Assembly (NCBI GenBank): GCA_000934665.2
Contig: JYFJ02004056.1
Coordinates: forward strand, 1-37,964
Length of the DNA: 37,964 bases
Direction of reading: 5' to 3'
From: Catajapyx aquilonaris
Lineage: Eukaryota
Positions 24,311 to 37,023 of the stretch are shown here, piece after piece. The notes below the pieces were generated by a model. The model worked only from the letters and a program-made list of their open reading frames with translations, was not told the origin of the DNA and made no database searches. Every line of letters starts with the position of its first letter. The stretch's first letter is position 1. Both the position numbers and the translations under genes were made by a program.

Positions 24311-27300
24311 GGTATATAGGTCCGAACCATATTGAACTTGGCCGCTTCCGATAATGTAAAATTTCTCCCATCATGCTCTGGCAAGTTTGCCATAGAGCAC
24401 GAAGCAGCACAAGATGAGTGTAGCCTATTATACTTCCTCTCGGACTTATAGTTTCCTTGAGATATTCCAAGGAAGATATTACATAGTTGATGTTGGATTT
24501 TGGATTTTGCCTGCATTATGGAGATAATCACATGAAAGTCAATGTTTCATCCTTATTCATCACTATATTAGGGGTCATTTTTCGGGTTATTCCCCCCTCC
24601 CCCGAGCAACATCCTTCCTTGGCGGGTCAGCTCACTCGCAAGATAAATATAAAATTACACCAATAGTTTGCATAGCCAAAAAAAATAATACATGCACCTA
24701 TCTCAGTATACTGTATTCCTTCCTCGACCTTGTCCGATTTGAAAGAGGGGGAAAAAATGACCAATTTTACACTTTGGCAAAATGATGGAACTTGAAAAAC
24801 TGATCATTTCCGATCATATCCCAACATTGGTGTGAGTGGGCATATGTAGGCCTAGCTATGAGGTGTTGTGTGATGTGACCATTGCAATTTTCTGTAATGC
24901 CGAAAAATGTATGTAATATTCACAGTTCCTTTATGATACAATCATGATCACTGGTCTGGTTTTGCCGACTGGAAAATTGGTCTTTTTCCGTCTGCCAATA
25001 GGACATGAATTGCCCTGTAATGAAGTCACACAAGCAACTCTATAAAAGAATATATTTTGCATTTTAATATCATAAGGGGCCTAAAGTCCCCAAGAAGATG
25101 TCCGTAATCTCTGTATTCGTAACCCTGCTGTAGCTGTTTTCCAATGTGATGGGTATGTCGGTATGTTTATTTTCGGGAAAAATTATTGAACAATTTTCCT
25201 TTTTCTATTTTCTTTACGGTCGGATTTTTATAGCTATTACTTTTAGAGGAAAAACTCCTAAATCAAGCTTGCAGCCAGTAAATTTTTTTGCGAAACAATA
25301 GAGACAGGTGCCATAGTGGTGATGCCCATCAGCGCATGATACTTGCGTATAATATAGGTGTGTTCAAATGAAACATAAAGTGAGGCAATATCTCAGGAGC
25401 TATTTTATTGTCTCAGCTAAGTGCTAGTGGTATCTCTGAGTATACATAGGCACTTGCATGGCTAATTTTCATGCAGAGTAGTTAGTATATTAAAAGCTCA
25501 AAAACCAAACACCTGTTGTCAGGTAAGCTATAACTCAAGATGACGGTGACGGATAAATTGTGAGTCTCGTGAATAAGCAAATGTTTGTTTTAGGCAACTA
25601 TGGAGAAATAAGACAAGCAATCCCATTCAGAAAGTCATATACGGCTCACTTCAGTAGCATAAAAAATCTCGCGGATGCTCCGGATGCTCTTTTCCAGTCG
25701 TTCTTGCCCTCTCGCCTTCTCGAGCACACCATTAAGTTACACACAGCACCGTCGGAAAAATTGATAGGATTTTCAATAATGATACAGTATATTAATTTTG
25801 ATGCCACGCTAAGCTTTACTCTGACTGTGGGTCACAGGCTTAAGCGCGTCCTGGACATTTCTCCCAATATGGATGAGGGCTAAATTATGAAACAGCACAA
25901 GGTATACAAATTATTATAAATGGTGTTGCACTGCCCAATTCCCCAGTTCAAGGAGGGATGGGTATATTCAATTAACGTTATGGATTGTTTATCCTGGAAA
26001 CCACGCAGAGAAGCGACCAGTTGGAATTAATAAAAAATCAAGGCCATATCGCCATATTCACTTGGCGTGTGGGTTCTTACGCTTTTTAAATTGTTGCTGG
26101 GATGCTATATATTACAGTACATTAGGTGCGCTGATGTTACTGATGATTGTACATCTGAGTTCCCTGATGCAGATTAAGCAATTAAATAATTTCGCTGCTT
26201 TCTGAAAGTAACTAAAAAGCACCATCTTTGGAAAGAAGTATACATTGTGACCATGAATGAATTGGAGACATTCATTGTTTTTGTTATTTTTATTGTTTGG
26301 TTATTATTTACTTTCATTATTTATGCTCTACTTGCAGGGAATAAGACTATTCGTGTATTAGCCGGTGTATATACAACATCAAAGCATTGTATTCGTTTAT
26401 TCCGTGTATAATATCAACTATATAGCGGAATATATTGAATCCATGAATTTCCGCAAGGTCCGCGTCACTTGTTTTGTCAATAAGACTTGATATTGTACAC
26501 CTGGAATTTCATGGGTTCAGTTTCGTCTTATATACTGTAAATTAATGCAAAAAATCTGAATTCGAGAGGACGGGCGCGACGTGGCATTATCATCTTAATT
26601 GCATCTATGGCGTTTGAGGTCGATTTAGAGAATGGCCTATATAATTTTGCCACAATCATACTGTATACGTTCGAGCTTCCCTGACACATGTATAAGCTCA
26701 CTTGACTACGTGCCGTTGTAATGATTTTGTTGCCTGCCTCTCATCACTCCCTCTCCCGAATTTTATCGTAAATAATTATACAAAAATTAACGCCTATATA
26801 TTTGAGCAATATGTTTACTGGTGCCATTTTTGATTGCTAAATGCAGGTATTGTTTATATGATGATTATAAAACACTTCGATGCAGAAAATAACGTTAGCC
26901 TTACACTCAGTATTTTTGTCGCTTAGTATAACCGTAAGCCCGCCATACAAGTGGGAAAGGAAATCGTTGATAAATAAATTGCTGCTGTAATATATCGCTG
27001 ATCATCATATAGGGATGGGAGGGGGAGCTCCACATCGCCTTGGACCGCTTACACCAAGGTCAAATACAGTGTGCCGCATATTGAGATGGCGTGGATCAAG
27101 ATGCTGACATGTATAGATATTACATAGTCTCATAAAAGACACAGTATGAATGAGCACTCTAGTATTTATTTATTATGTCAATTTTTTAATATAGCTTAGC
27201 TTGGGCCAGATGCCTACATTAAGCAGTATAGACTAGTATATTATATAGGTGTAAATTACATCCAACCGATTCATGCCCAGATTTAGCCTATACTTATAAT

Positions 27301-27826
27301 AAAAACCGACAGGCTGTCATATTTGACTTCTTGCGGCGCACCAGTCTCTTTGTTCATATAGCCTATACATGGCCACCAGAGGTTTTTATATACCGATGTA
27401 ACATCAGGATGGCTTAATCTTCGATTGTGCTCACAGACCTCTTCTAAAAAGCTTTCAGAGGTCTCCCTCCCTTCCCCTCTTCCCTTTGAAAGATATTCCC
27501 TTATGCTTCTACACGGATGAGAAATTTTACCTTTCACCCGATTGACAATATTCAACATTAAAAGAAAACAACACGTGGATTCAATCATCATCTGCCAATA
27601 TAACTTTATATATATACGCAAGAGTAGTAGGAATTCCGCGTTAAAATCCACGATTACTCAGTACATGCATATACTTTGAATTTATTAGGATCCCGTGTCA
27701 CGGATTGTTCATCCTAGCAACCGGCTTTACTGAAAAAGCAAAGAGTTTGAAGCAACAATGCATTTGCATTTGTCGTACTTGTTCCTTATAAGATTCGTGT
27801 GCAGTGTGTTCCACGTGTATAATAGC

Positions 27827-27827
<1 letters not shown>

Positions 27828-27889
<62 letters not shown>
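27828..27889. repeat. (TA)31 microsatellite
   Basis: Read directly; 62 bp. Confidence 0.97.
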
Positions 27890-27893
<4 letters not shown>

Positions 27894-30800
27894 CCTTTTA
27901 GTTATATCGCAATTTCGCCCGAAATATATTGTTATTTTGTTAGTTTCTTGCGCAGCAATCCAGGTGTACCCAATAATATAATGTATAATTATAACAGCTG
28001 CTTTATTCGATCGCACCTGGGAATAATTGGTCACCTCCATCGGGACGCAAAAAGTAGCTTTTGGTTGAACAAAAAATGACAAGTTGGGGCGAATTTGCAA
28101 TAAGTAAAGAATCCGCATATACTTGGAGCATGCACGCAGCACAGCACTGTTTAGGGAAAGTCTTGTAAGTCTTATAATGTAGGCCTACTGTATAGACATG
28201 TTATATAAATTATATCGGGGTTCACTATAATCCGTAGAATTTGGCACAGTGATCAATACAAGTCGCAATATATACGGTTCTCGTGCTGAGTGCTGCTGTG
28301 AAGTATAATTATATTAAGTTCGCATAACTTGTAATAAATCCAAAAATTTGGACAGCTCTGTTAACATCTCTGAACGACTGAAGCGCGTACTTGGCATAAA
28401 CGAGCAATTGTATTTTCCCAGTTCCAGAGCAATTTCAAGTGTCAGTAAAGAGTTACTATAAAGCTTATCGCCGCTTAATCGGCGGATTGCGTTCTCCAAC
28501 TCGTGGAGTTCTTATCGGTTCGTGTCCAACCTGCCAAATGCAGCCGATAAATAACAGCTTACCAGGTGGGAAAAAAGATAGGAACAACAAGGGCAGCACA
28601 GCAAGGTGTCAACATAAACCTCATTCTCTTTTTAAAGCAACTATTATTGTAACGCACCAACCGAGAGTGAATCCGGCAACTCAACTTTATAACCATTAAC
28701 GGCAGCCCTTCAAAAGTGTTGGTCGAACGCATTTTTTCTAACCGCCAGCGGCAGGACTTAAATGACGACAGTACTGAGGTCAGCTAACTATCGGCTTAAC
28801 TTACGGTATAGGTTTCTGGCAGCGGCCCATTGTAGCTTATAGCAGTTGTAAGATGTAAGTCGGAAGTACTGTGGGGTTTTGTAATCGATTCTGTTGTATA
28901 ATAACAGAAGTTTACGTTAAGAGTAGCCTAATATTATAAATATAACAGATGCGGATGATAATGTAATAACTTTTTGCGCTATATAGTTCGTCCAAAAAAA
29001 AACTCAATATATTCCAGGATTTTCAAGCTTTCAAGCTATAGTATAATACCTTAACAGTCTTTGAACTTCCAGATTAGGGACAGTATTTTCGGCTCAAAGA
29101 CCCTCTCCAGATCAACCTGCCATGAGTTATGAAGCTATACGTAGACCTAATAATTCGTGGCCCGTGATATATCCTTAACATATTTTGGAGATCTTATCGG
29201 GAAGATCTATAACCGCTATATAATTATACAGTAAGAGAGATATTCCATATTATGGACAATATATCTTTTTTACCTTCTTTTTCATATTTTACGGAATTTA
29301 TGTAAGGTAATCTAATAATATTATAACATGTAGTTATAGTATAGGTCTTTTCTTATATAGACACATGAGTTGAATGACGCGGAACTTCGTGACTTTTCAG
29401 CCCACTGCTGTGAAAAGTCACTTGGAACATGATGTGAAACAAGAAAGCGGTTGATGAGGACTTCCAGCATTTTGTGGAATAATATGAATATTTTAATGCG
29501 ATTTAATAATACTAACATAATATATTTATAGTCTATTAATATGCTACTTCCCTGTCGGGAGTCTCTAATTTTGGTTTTATGCTGTACATTCCAAATTCAG
29601 AAGCTTTTATTTGTCCGTTTGGGCCGGTGGTTTCCCAGCATAAGTACATAATTATACTGCATAGCATTTCGTAGCCCGGGCTCGCAGAGGAATAATAAGT
29701 TACTGTAAATTCAAAGTTTCCTCTACGTGAACATACAACTATTACAACATGCCAATTACATTGCAGTGTTTTTCAGTACGCGGCATCAGGATTGCTGATT
29801 GTTACACAGCTTGTTGTTGTTAGTCTGGTGCGCTTTGTGATCGCTAGCTCTAAGTTAAAAATATAGTACCGGTAGTGCTGCGGGCTTAAGAAGAGCAGGT
29901 GGTTCTGAATCCAACAACGTCTAAATCATCGCTCACTTGCGAAAAGCTTCTGGAGCACATGAGGTCCCGCCAAAGCCTAAGCACAATTTTGAAATTTGGG
30001 TTCGTCCGTAATGCTTAGAAAAGCAGCCAAAGAGTAAATAAAAACTATCGGATAAGTGAGTGGATCGGTGGAAGAAGGGCGTATCCCAACCAGTGCAGTG
30101 ATCAAGACTGAGGTTTCGCACTTGTAGGCTAATGGAATTTTGTCATAATGCCATGAAAATTCATGTAGATTGGAGTACTCTTCTTTTACCCATCAAGTAA
30201 TGCTGCCGGTATATTTTGTGCACTGTGGTGCAAGTTAATCGTATGCAAATCAGATAAAACGTGACATAATGCAATGAGCATTGAGCAAGCGGGAAAAAGA
30301 CAGTTCAAATATCTGGTGATGGCAGAAATAAACCCCTCACAATGGTGCAATCGTAACATTATTAATTGCTCCCTCAAAATTTGCCTACTATTGGAATGAG
30401 CCCATCTCTCTCCCACCGACTCCGTCAAGCATTAAATAGCGTGATTTCAAATTTGCTACTTGGGAAGTTAGTTATCTGTATACATAGTTGGATTCAGCAC
30501 CTCCTGCTCTGCCGTCCATTAAGTTATAATCATATTATTATTAAAGTGGTATCCAAATATAGCTTATTCTTCTTGCGAGACCGAGTGGTAAGAAGTCTCG
30601 AAAGTCTGGACATTTCGCAGGAAATCCGGACCTAGTCCCTCTTCCTTTTAAGGTAAATGGGAATTTCCCGTGAAAAGTGTTGCACTTGCGTAAAGCCCAC
30701 CATAAGCTAAATCTCTTGTGTGAGAAGAATAATACTAAGCTTATAATTATTATTCATTTACTTCTGTCTTTAGGTGTGTCTGCAGGCGCGCACTGGTCAC

Positions 30801-31023
30801 TTTCAGCAAATGATCTGCAATGATTACCTGTTAAGTTCTATAGACATCAGGATATGCGTCCATTCAATATTATTATCGCATTTTTTCCACCCATCCAAGC
30901 AATCTAGAGAAGTTATGTGGTGGATGACGCCTGAAGCAGAGTGCCAGGGGATCTTGCCAACAAGACTAAACATCTGATAGACCCTGATGGCTTAAAAGTA
31001 GGCCAGATAGACTAGATAAATAC

Positions 31024-31430
31024 CTGAAGTGGGTGAGGACGGCGTCGGTGGGTGGCGGGGGCCACCAGCCCGCCGGCGGGCGCGCGGGCTCCCTGATGCC
31101 GGGTTCGTCCGTCCTTCCGCGGGTCACTTGCCACCTCAACCACCGCTCCACCTTAGCTGCAGCCTCACCTCCTCACGCCGCACATGCGCTCCCAAAACTA
31201 CCCAAGGTACTACTTCCTTCTGGAAACCACGCCGATACGATGCTCCCAATGTCCCTCATCAACAAAACCGATCACTGCAAGAGTCACCCCGAGGATGCCG
31301 GCATTTTGGGACGTGTGACCCCCACAAAATGGTACGACTTTGGTCCAACAAGGAGCAAAGGCCCCCGCGCTGGAAGCTTGAGGCACTGGGCCTGTATGGT
31401 TGAGCCCGCGTCTTCTTTGGCGCTCAAGTG
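31024..31430 (-). other. Candidate first (largely 5'UTR) exon of scro; 5' boundary uncertain
   Basis: A GC/CpG-rich block ends abruptly at a minus-strand donor CTTCAG|GTATTT (31024/31023), where AT-rich sequence begins. It lies upstream of the unpaired acceptor at 18879. There is no transcript evidence. Confidence 0.5.
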
Positions 31431-31640
31431 ACATTAATTGTAGATAAGACCGCTGGGGGGAGTTTTCGGGAATGGGGCGGTTGGAGAAGGGGAGGAGTAG
31501 AGGGTGGGGTGGAAGGGGGAGCTAGCAGTGGCTAATAAGTGTTGGTGGGGAGAGGCCCGGGGTTGCGCGCTCCAATCGGGTAGGGGCAGAGGCGGCCATG
31601 ACGAAGGTGGGGCCCCGCCCTCGCTCTGTTACCGGGGAAC
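31424..31640 (-). promoter_or_regulatory. Candidate GC-rich promoter region
   Basis: GC boxes (GGGGCGG at ~31474, CCCCGCCC at ~31613), CCAAT at ~31572 and G-tracts. An NK2 consensus site TCAAGTG at 31424-31430 is adjacent to a TAATTG homeodomain-like site. Confidence 0.4.
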
Positions 31641-32324
31641 CAACGAACGAATGTTGGGACCCTTCAACCCTACTACCATCAGGGCGCCCCTATTCAGCGC
31701 CGGATTACCAGGGGAAGATTTCCATCCAGCTTCCAGAATAAAGGGATGCCAATTCTAGCTAGGGCTCCTTTTTTTCTCTATACTTGGTATTTCACTGGTG
31801 ACTACCACCTGGTCAACCTAGTCTATCAGGTAGATTTCATATACTAAACTGTAAATATGTTCGGGACAGATGCAATAGCTCGTATCCAAACTACCTTGTT
31901 CAATCACTAAATTGTCTCCATCCCCCACCACTACCACCACCCTACTTCTGTTCCATTCATAATTTGCCAACCTTGAGTTGTGGATATAGGAGTGAAGAGG
32001 AGATGTGGTGCGGGTACTGTTTCAATGTGCTCGTGCTTGTCATTGCAAGAGAATCGTTTATATTTTTGAAACCTCGGTCTTATTTTTAGGCTGATTCTTT
32101 TTCTATAGTCACCCTGCATATTCCGTATGAATTTGTTACATCAGTTACAATAAAGCTTGTACTGTATCCTTTTTAACTTTCACTATATATAGGTTACTTG
32201 CAAGTGTCAAGGGCAGTAACTGATAGAAATTGATCAGCACCCTGCAAACTTTTTTCTGGTGCTCTCTGCATTACACTCAATTATTTGCATACCGGTACTT
32301 TATAAACTGTAGGAGCTAGAGTAG

Positions 32325-32774
32325 GCATATACGAATTCATCTGCCAAAAGGATACTAGGGGGGGGGGGNTATATAATTATGAAAGAGGCATGGCATGGGT
32401 CAGAAAGGCCGGCGACGATCCGTTTTGGAGATGCCGACCTTTGACATCGACAATGTCTATCCTGATAGGTATGGATACCCCAATATATAGGCTACATGCC
32501 TGCATAGCTGGTTGCCGAGGCCAGGCGCTCGCACTGCCAGACCATTGCTCCACCGGCCCTGCCCGGCAACCAGCAATGCAGGCTACTTGCATGTACCAGC
32601 ATACCTGTCAGGATAACCTTTGTCGATGTTTTGACATCGACAATGTTTATTGTTTATCCTGACAGGTCGGCATCTCCAAAACGGATCATTCCATGCCTTT
32701 CGAACCCATGCCATGCTTCTTACGCACCCCCTACTACCCACATCATTTTGGCAGACGAATTATGGAACACGCTG
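32325..32774. mobile_element. MITE family A copy, left TIR degenerate
   Basis: GGCATGGCATGGGTCAGAAAGGCCGGCGACGATCCGTTTTGGAGATG is identical to 21198-21244. The right end is GGCAGACGAATTATGGAACACGCTG|TA. Contains an N at 32369. Confidence 0.8.
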
Positions 32775-32821
32775 TATAACCCGGAAATAGCGCAGGATTT
32801 AGACCATAATCTTAGTTTTAT

Positions 32822-32970
32822 GGCCGGTTTCACAGCAGAGCAGGTTATATTATAAATCCGAGTTTCTTTTCGGAAAATCCTTAATTTTGATTGTTGTCAA
32901 CAATGGTTGCTAAGGAAATTCTTGTTATAACCGAGGTTCTACAATTTAACTAGGTTGGTGAAACCCGGCC
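32822..32970. mobile_element. Short MITE with GGCC termini (PIF/Harbinger-like)
   Basis: GGCCGGTTTCAC ... GTGAAACCCGGCC terminal inverted repeat with AT-rich flanks. The TSD is not clean. Confidence 0.55.
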
Positions 32971-34444
32971 ATATTTATTATTTATCAAAATTATCATCAC
33001 AACTATCATCTTATATGCGAATCGATAATTTTACTCCTGCCTGCATAATATAGTCTAAGGGTGGAGAAAACTCTCTGAATTTAAAAAAGAAATTGACCAC
33101 ATCAGGGAAATGCAATATTCAAACATTAAATGATCATATCTCGAAATCATTTCATTGTGATTCTGTTGATCTGCACATCAGATATTCTTATTTATGAGTT
33201 ATACCATTAGCTCTTGGTTACACAGTATATCGACGAGGGATGACGAAAATTGAAATTGTTGTAAAAATACTCGACCTATCATTTAACAAACTTACCTACA
33301 ATACTGGTACATTAAAATATTCCTATATTGGAGATATTTTTATATGCAGTTCATATCCAGCATCAGGTATACATGCCAAACTACTGCAGGTCTGTATAGG
33401 AATAGATAGCGCTCTCCAGTATAACCCGCAACAAACACCATCTTTCTTCTATACCTCCCAAGTGTATGCTCCATCCGAATGTACTGTATAGGGGGTTGTT
33501 TTAGGAGTAACTAATGTTCTTCAGACGTCGTTCTCAAGAAAAGAACAATATTGAGAGAGCAGCACTCATCTCCTTACACAGGTTTCAAGGAATAAATGTG
33601 AGGGAAGAGAGGGAGTGGCAAGGAAATTTGTGTTGGCCTATATAATAATTATTAAGCGGTATCACATTTAATTAATCCAGTGGAACCTTCTGCTGCATAA
33701 ACCCTGTATACATCATGTAGCTTACACCATTATTATGTAAAATCGCGCTGTTATACCATTGTCAATTATTTTAAATAATTGACATTAATTTGAAGTTTAT
33801 CTGAATTTTTCTTTTGTACATAATTTTGTGAACTCATAAACTGTACAGCCAACTGTACGACAACTGTCTCAAATTCAGTGACCTTTTAGACCGTTTCTAC
33901 TAACACAATCGTCGTTAAAATATCCTCATAACATCTCCCTCTTTTCCCGCATTGCTAATTTGGGACATCTCTGGCTTGTTTTCAGTCATTACCTCATGTA
34001 TACCGTATATGAACTATGCTGCTGTGCAAACGATTTCGTTTTGTCATTAAGTTTACATATCTCCTTGTCTCGAGCTTTATACCATATGCAATAATAATAA
34101 TTATATTGCATATGAATGAGGATTATGTGGATGTGGGTATGGTTGATAGTCACTGGTTGAAATAATAATTATTATTATTTCACGGAGCGACTATCAACCA
34201 TACCCACATCCTCTGCCCACATCCTTATTGCCTCTTCACCCTGATAGACCTATCAGAGCCTGTTTTTCCTATTCGTTGTCAGTCTTTCTCCTCTTTCAAA
34301 ATAAGCATCGAAACTCTATATAGTATTATGAGCTTCCGGCGAAATAAACCTTTTGAGCCAAAATAAAAGCATCAATTATACCCTATTTACTGAGCTTTGT
34401 TAATTGTAACTATTACATATAGGCACCCTGTCTTATACAGTAGA

Positions 34445-34522
34445 TTCAACAACTGCTGCCTCTCCTGATTATATACTGATAGCTCTATCAGTATATAATC
34501 AGGAGAGGCAGCAGTTGTTGAA
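34445..34522. repeat. Perfect inverted repeat, 38-bp arms, 2-nt spacer
   Basis: TTCAACAACTGCTGCCTCTCCTGATTATATACTGATAG-CT-reverse complement. Confidence 0.95.
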
Positions 34523-34779
34523 ACGGCGAACTAATGCAACGTATACGAACAATATTATTGTCAATTTATTAGCCTACTAAGGTGTAGTATCATATACCAG
34601 TGTATGGGCCAGTTTTGCTGTATTGTCGGCATAAACAGACCATCACTGCATAGACCGCATGCTGGTGTATATGTGCCAGATGTCCATTTAAACAGGCAAT
34701 GAATTCGCGTTTTTGTAAAACTATCTTGAGTGTTGAGTCGTACGACAATTAAGTACACATGTACGTATACGCTATAGCC

Positions 34780-34824
34780 TATAGGCCTACTGTTTAACAC
34801 TAAGTGTTAAACAGTAGGCCTATA
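34780..34824. repeat. Perfect inverted repeat, 22-bp arms, 1-nt spacer, capped by TAGGCCTA at both ends
   Basis: TATAGGCCTACTGTTTAACACT-A-AGTGTTAAACAGTAGGCCTATA. Confidence 0.95.
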
Positions 34825-36203
34825 TACGAGTCTTATAAGGGAGAAGAAGCATTTTGCAGCATTATGTAATGAGGGTTTGTTTCTGTAATGCTTCTCAGTC
34901 TATGAAAAATGTATTTGGCAGGTATATTTGCATAGCGTGGCGCGGTGTGTTTCTGGGAATCGAGGCTTGAATAAAGATCGAAATTGCGTGATTGGAAAGC
35001 AGCGTGGTATAAGATGTCTCATCGCCAACCCAGTGTGACGATATAACGATTATTATTGCCACACATGTCACCGAGCCTTGTGACATGACTCCCCTGAGTT
35101 GCAGCTGTGAAAACCTTATCATCCTAACAAGTGGACCAGTACATATTGGAGAGTCTGGGGAAAATAATCCTCCCAGATGCTGCACCTATATGCCTTCCAC
35201 TTCCCCCTACTCCCCACCACCACCCTCTATAATGAGCCCACGTGAGGCGATTAATTCCCGAGGAACTGCATTAGGCAAAAAGGTCGAATGGATCCCCGCC
35301 GCTGTATTTGAGCACAAAGAGTGGCATGCTCGTTACCGAGTGCTCCCCTGCCCCTTGAACCGAGCTGGAAAGCAAAGCCCCCCCCCTCCCCCAGGCCCCC
35401 ATCTTTTTTTTCTCTCCCCCGTCGCCCAACATCCCCCTCCTCTTTTGGGGGCCCTCTCCCTGGGTATAAGGCGTCACTTTTCAAGTTCTAGCTCCCAAGT
35501 GGCCTCTCCAAAGACAATGAAAACAATGTTGCAGCCGCATAGTTGAGCTAGACCATCAGTGTCGTGCAGCTGTGCGCCTACCACATGGACCAGAGTCGCA
35601 TGGCATGATGGGAATAAAGCGTCGGTCGGACGGCCATCTTGGAAGCCGCCATGACAGATCTCGATTCAAAGAAGTGAGCCTCACGCAAGGTAAAAAGGAA
35701 AAGGGATGGGTTAATTGGGAACAGCCCTCTCCATACTGGTTAGGGGAGTGGGTGGTGAGAGGCGGGATGGGGAGGGGATAAGTAGGTTCAGGAGTTGACT
35801 CCTAAGTGTCGGAAGAACTCTTCAACACTTATTGCAGGGTCTCTCTTTCGTCACCTAGCATCCTCAGTGCGGCTTTTCTTTTCATCTCCGTGGAGGAGAG
35901 AGTAATAACACTTGCGGGTCATTGTCGGAGAGGGATGATTGTTTATACAAACGTCAGCAGAAGCAGGGTGGGGGGCGGGAAAGGATGGTGCCACCTGCTT
36001 TTGGGGTCATTTCCAAGATGCGGAAATGGCGTCGAGGGAGGAGGGGGTGGAGTGGAATGGATAGGAGTAGGAATGGGGGTGGGAGTGGAAGCGAGACCAA
36101 GATGGTCTAAAGTGGATATCCAAACCCTTCTTCACGCTCCTTGTTCTGTCCTCAAAAGCTGTGAGGTAGGGCTGATTGCCTTCCTATGGCTTACTAGTCT
36201 ATA

Positions 36204-36776
36204 CAGGGTGTAAATTAATTCAGGGGACAAACTTGTAGGGGTAATAGAGGGGACCGATATAAATATTTTTGACATAGAAAACAGTGTCCGGAAACGCCAT
36301 CTAGAGGGGGTTCATAGACAAGGAACGGGTGTGCTCGGACGCGTCAGGCAAGAGGCGCTAGGCGAGCGGACTGTTTTGTTGTTAGATGGCGCGCAGTTGT
36401 TGTCAGGTTATGGCGTATCGCGTCGTTGTAAGCAAACAACGACGCGATACGCCATGACCTGGCAACAAGAGAACCGTTGTTTACTCTCCGCGCGTCTCCT
36501 AGGAGGCGTACATTAGTTGTTAGATGGCTCTGCTGTTGCCAGCTAGGTTATGGCACATCGCATTGGTGTTTACTATCCGAGCGCCATCTATCAACTAAAC
36601 AGTCCGCTCTCCTAGCGCCTCTCGCCTGACGCGTCTGAGCGCACCCGTTCCTTGTCTCGGAACCCCCTCTAGATGGCGTTTCCGGACACGGGTTCCTATG
36701 TCAAAAATACTTGTATTGGTCCCCTCTATTATATTAAACCCCTACAAGTTTGTCCCCTGAATTCATTTACACCCGG
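36204..36776. mobile_element. Tc1/mariner-type foldback MITE (TA TSD) with ~190 bp arms and an internal hairpin
   Basis: TA|CAGGGTGTAAATTAATTCAGGGGACAAACTTGTAGGGGT ... ACCCCTACAAGTTTGTCCCCTGAATTCATTTACACCCGG|TA. Internal hairpin at ~36397-36468. Confidence 0.88.
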
Positions 36777-36853
36777 TATACAGTGTCATTCAATCTTATA
36801 GTATGGATAGGCCTATTGTGAAAGAAACAGGCATTACCTTGATGATGTGTTAA

Positions 36854-37023
36854 AGGTGCGTTTACATGTGAGCGATTTCATCGCCGAGCGGTGCATCGTT
36901 GAGTAACCCGACGCGAGTAACCAGTATTGTTTGAGGCGAAAATCGATTGTTACTTTCACCTCAAACAATATTGGTTACTTCGCTCCGCTTCGCTTGTCAA
37001 ATCGCTCGCATGTAAACGCACCT
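36854..37023. mobile_element. PIF/Harbinger-type (Tourist-like) MITE, TAA TSD
   Basis: TAA|AGGTGCGTTTACATGTGAGCGATTT ... AAATCGCTCGCATGTAAACGCACCT|TAA, plus an internal inverted pair AGTAACCAGTATTGTTTGAGG / CCTCAAACAATATTGGTTACT. Confidence 0.85.

Noticed and set aside
27786..28142. ORF with (YI)n
   Set aside because: Artefact of the (TA)31 microsatellite.
31029..31758. Plus-strand ORFs of 84-132 aa
   Set aside because: Expected in GC-rich sequence, with non-ATG starts and no recognisable domain.
32358..32370. Poly-G run with an N
   Set aside because: Probably a sequencing or assembly ambiguity within a MITE copy.
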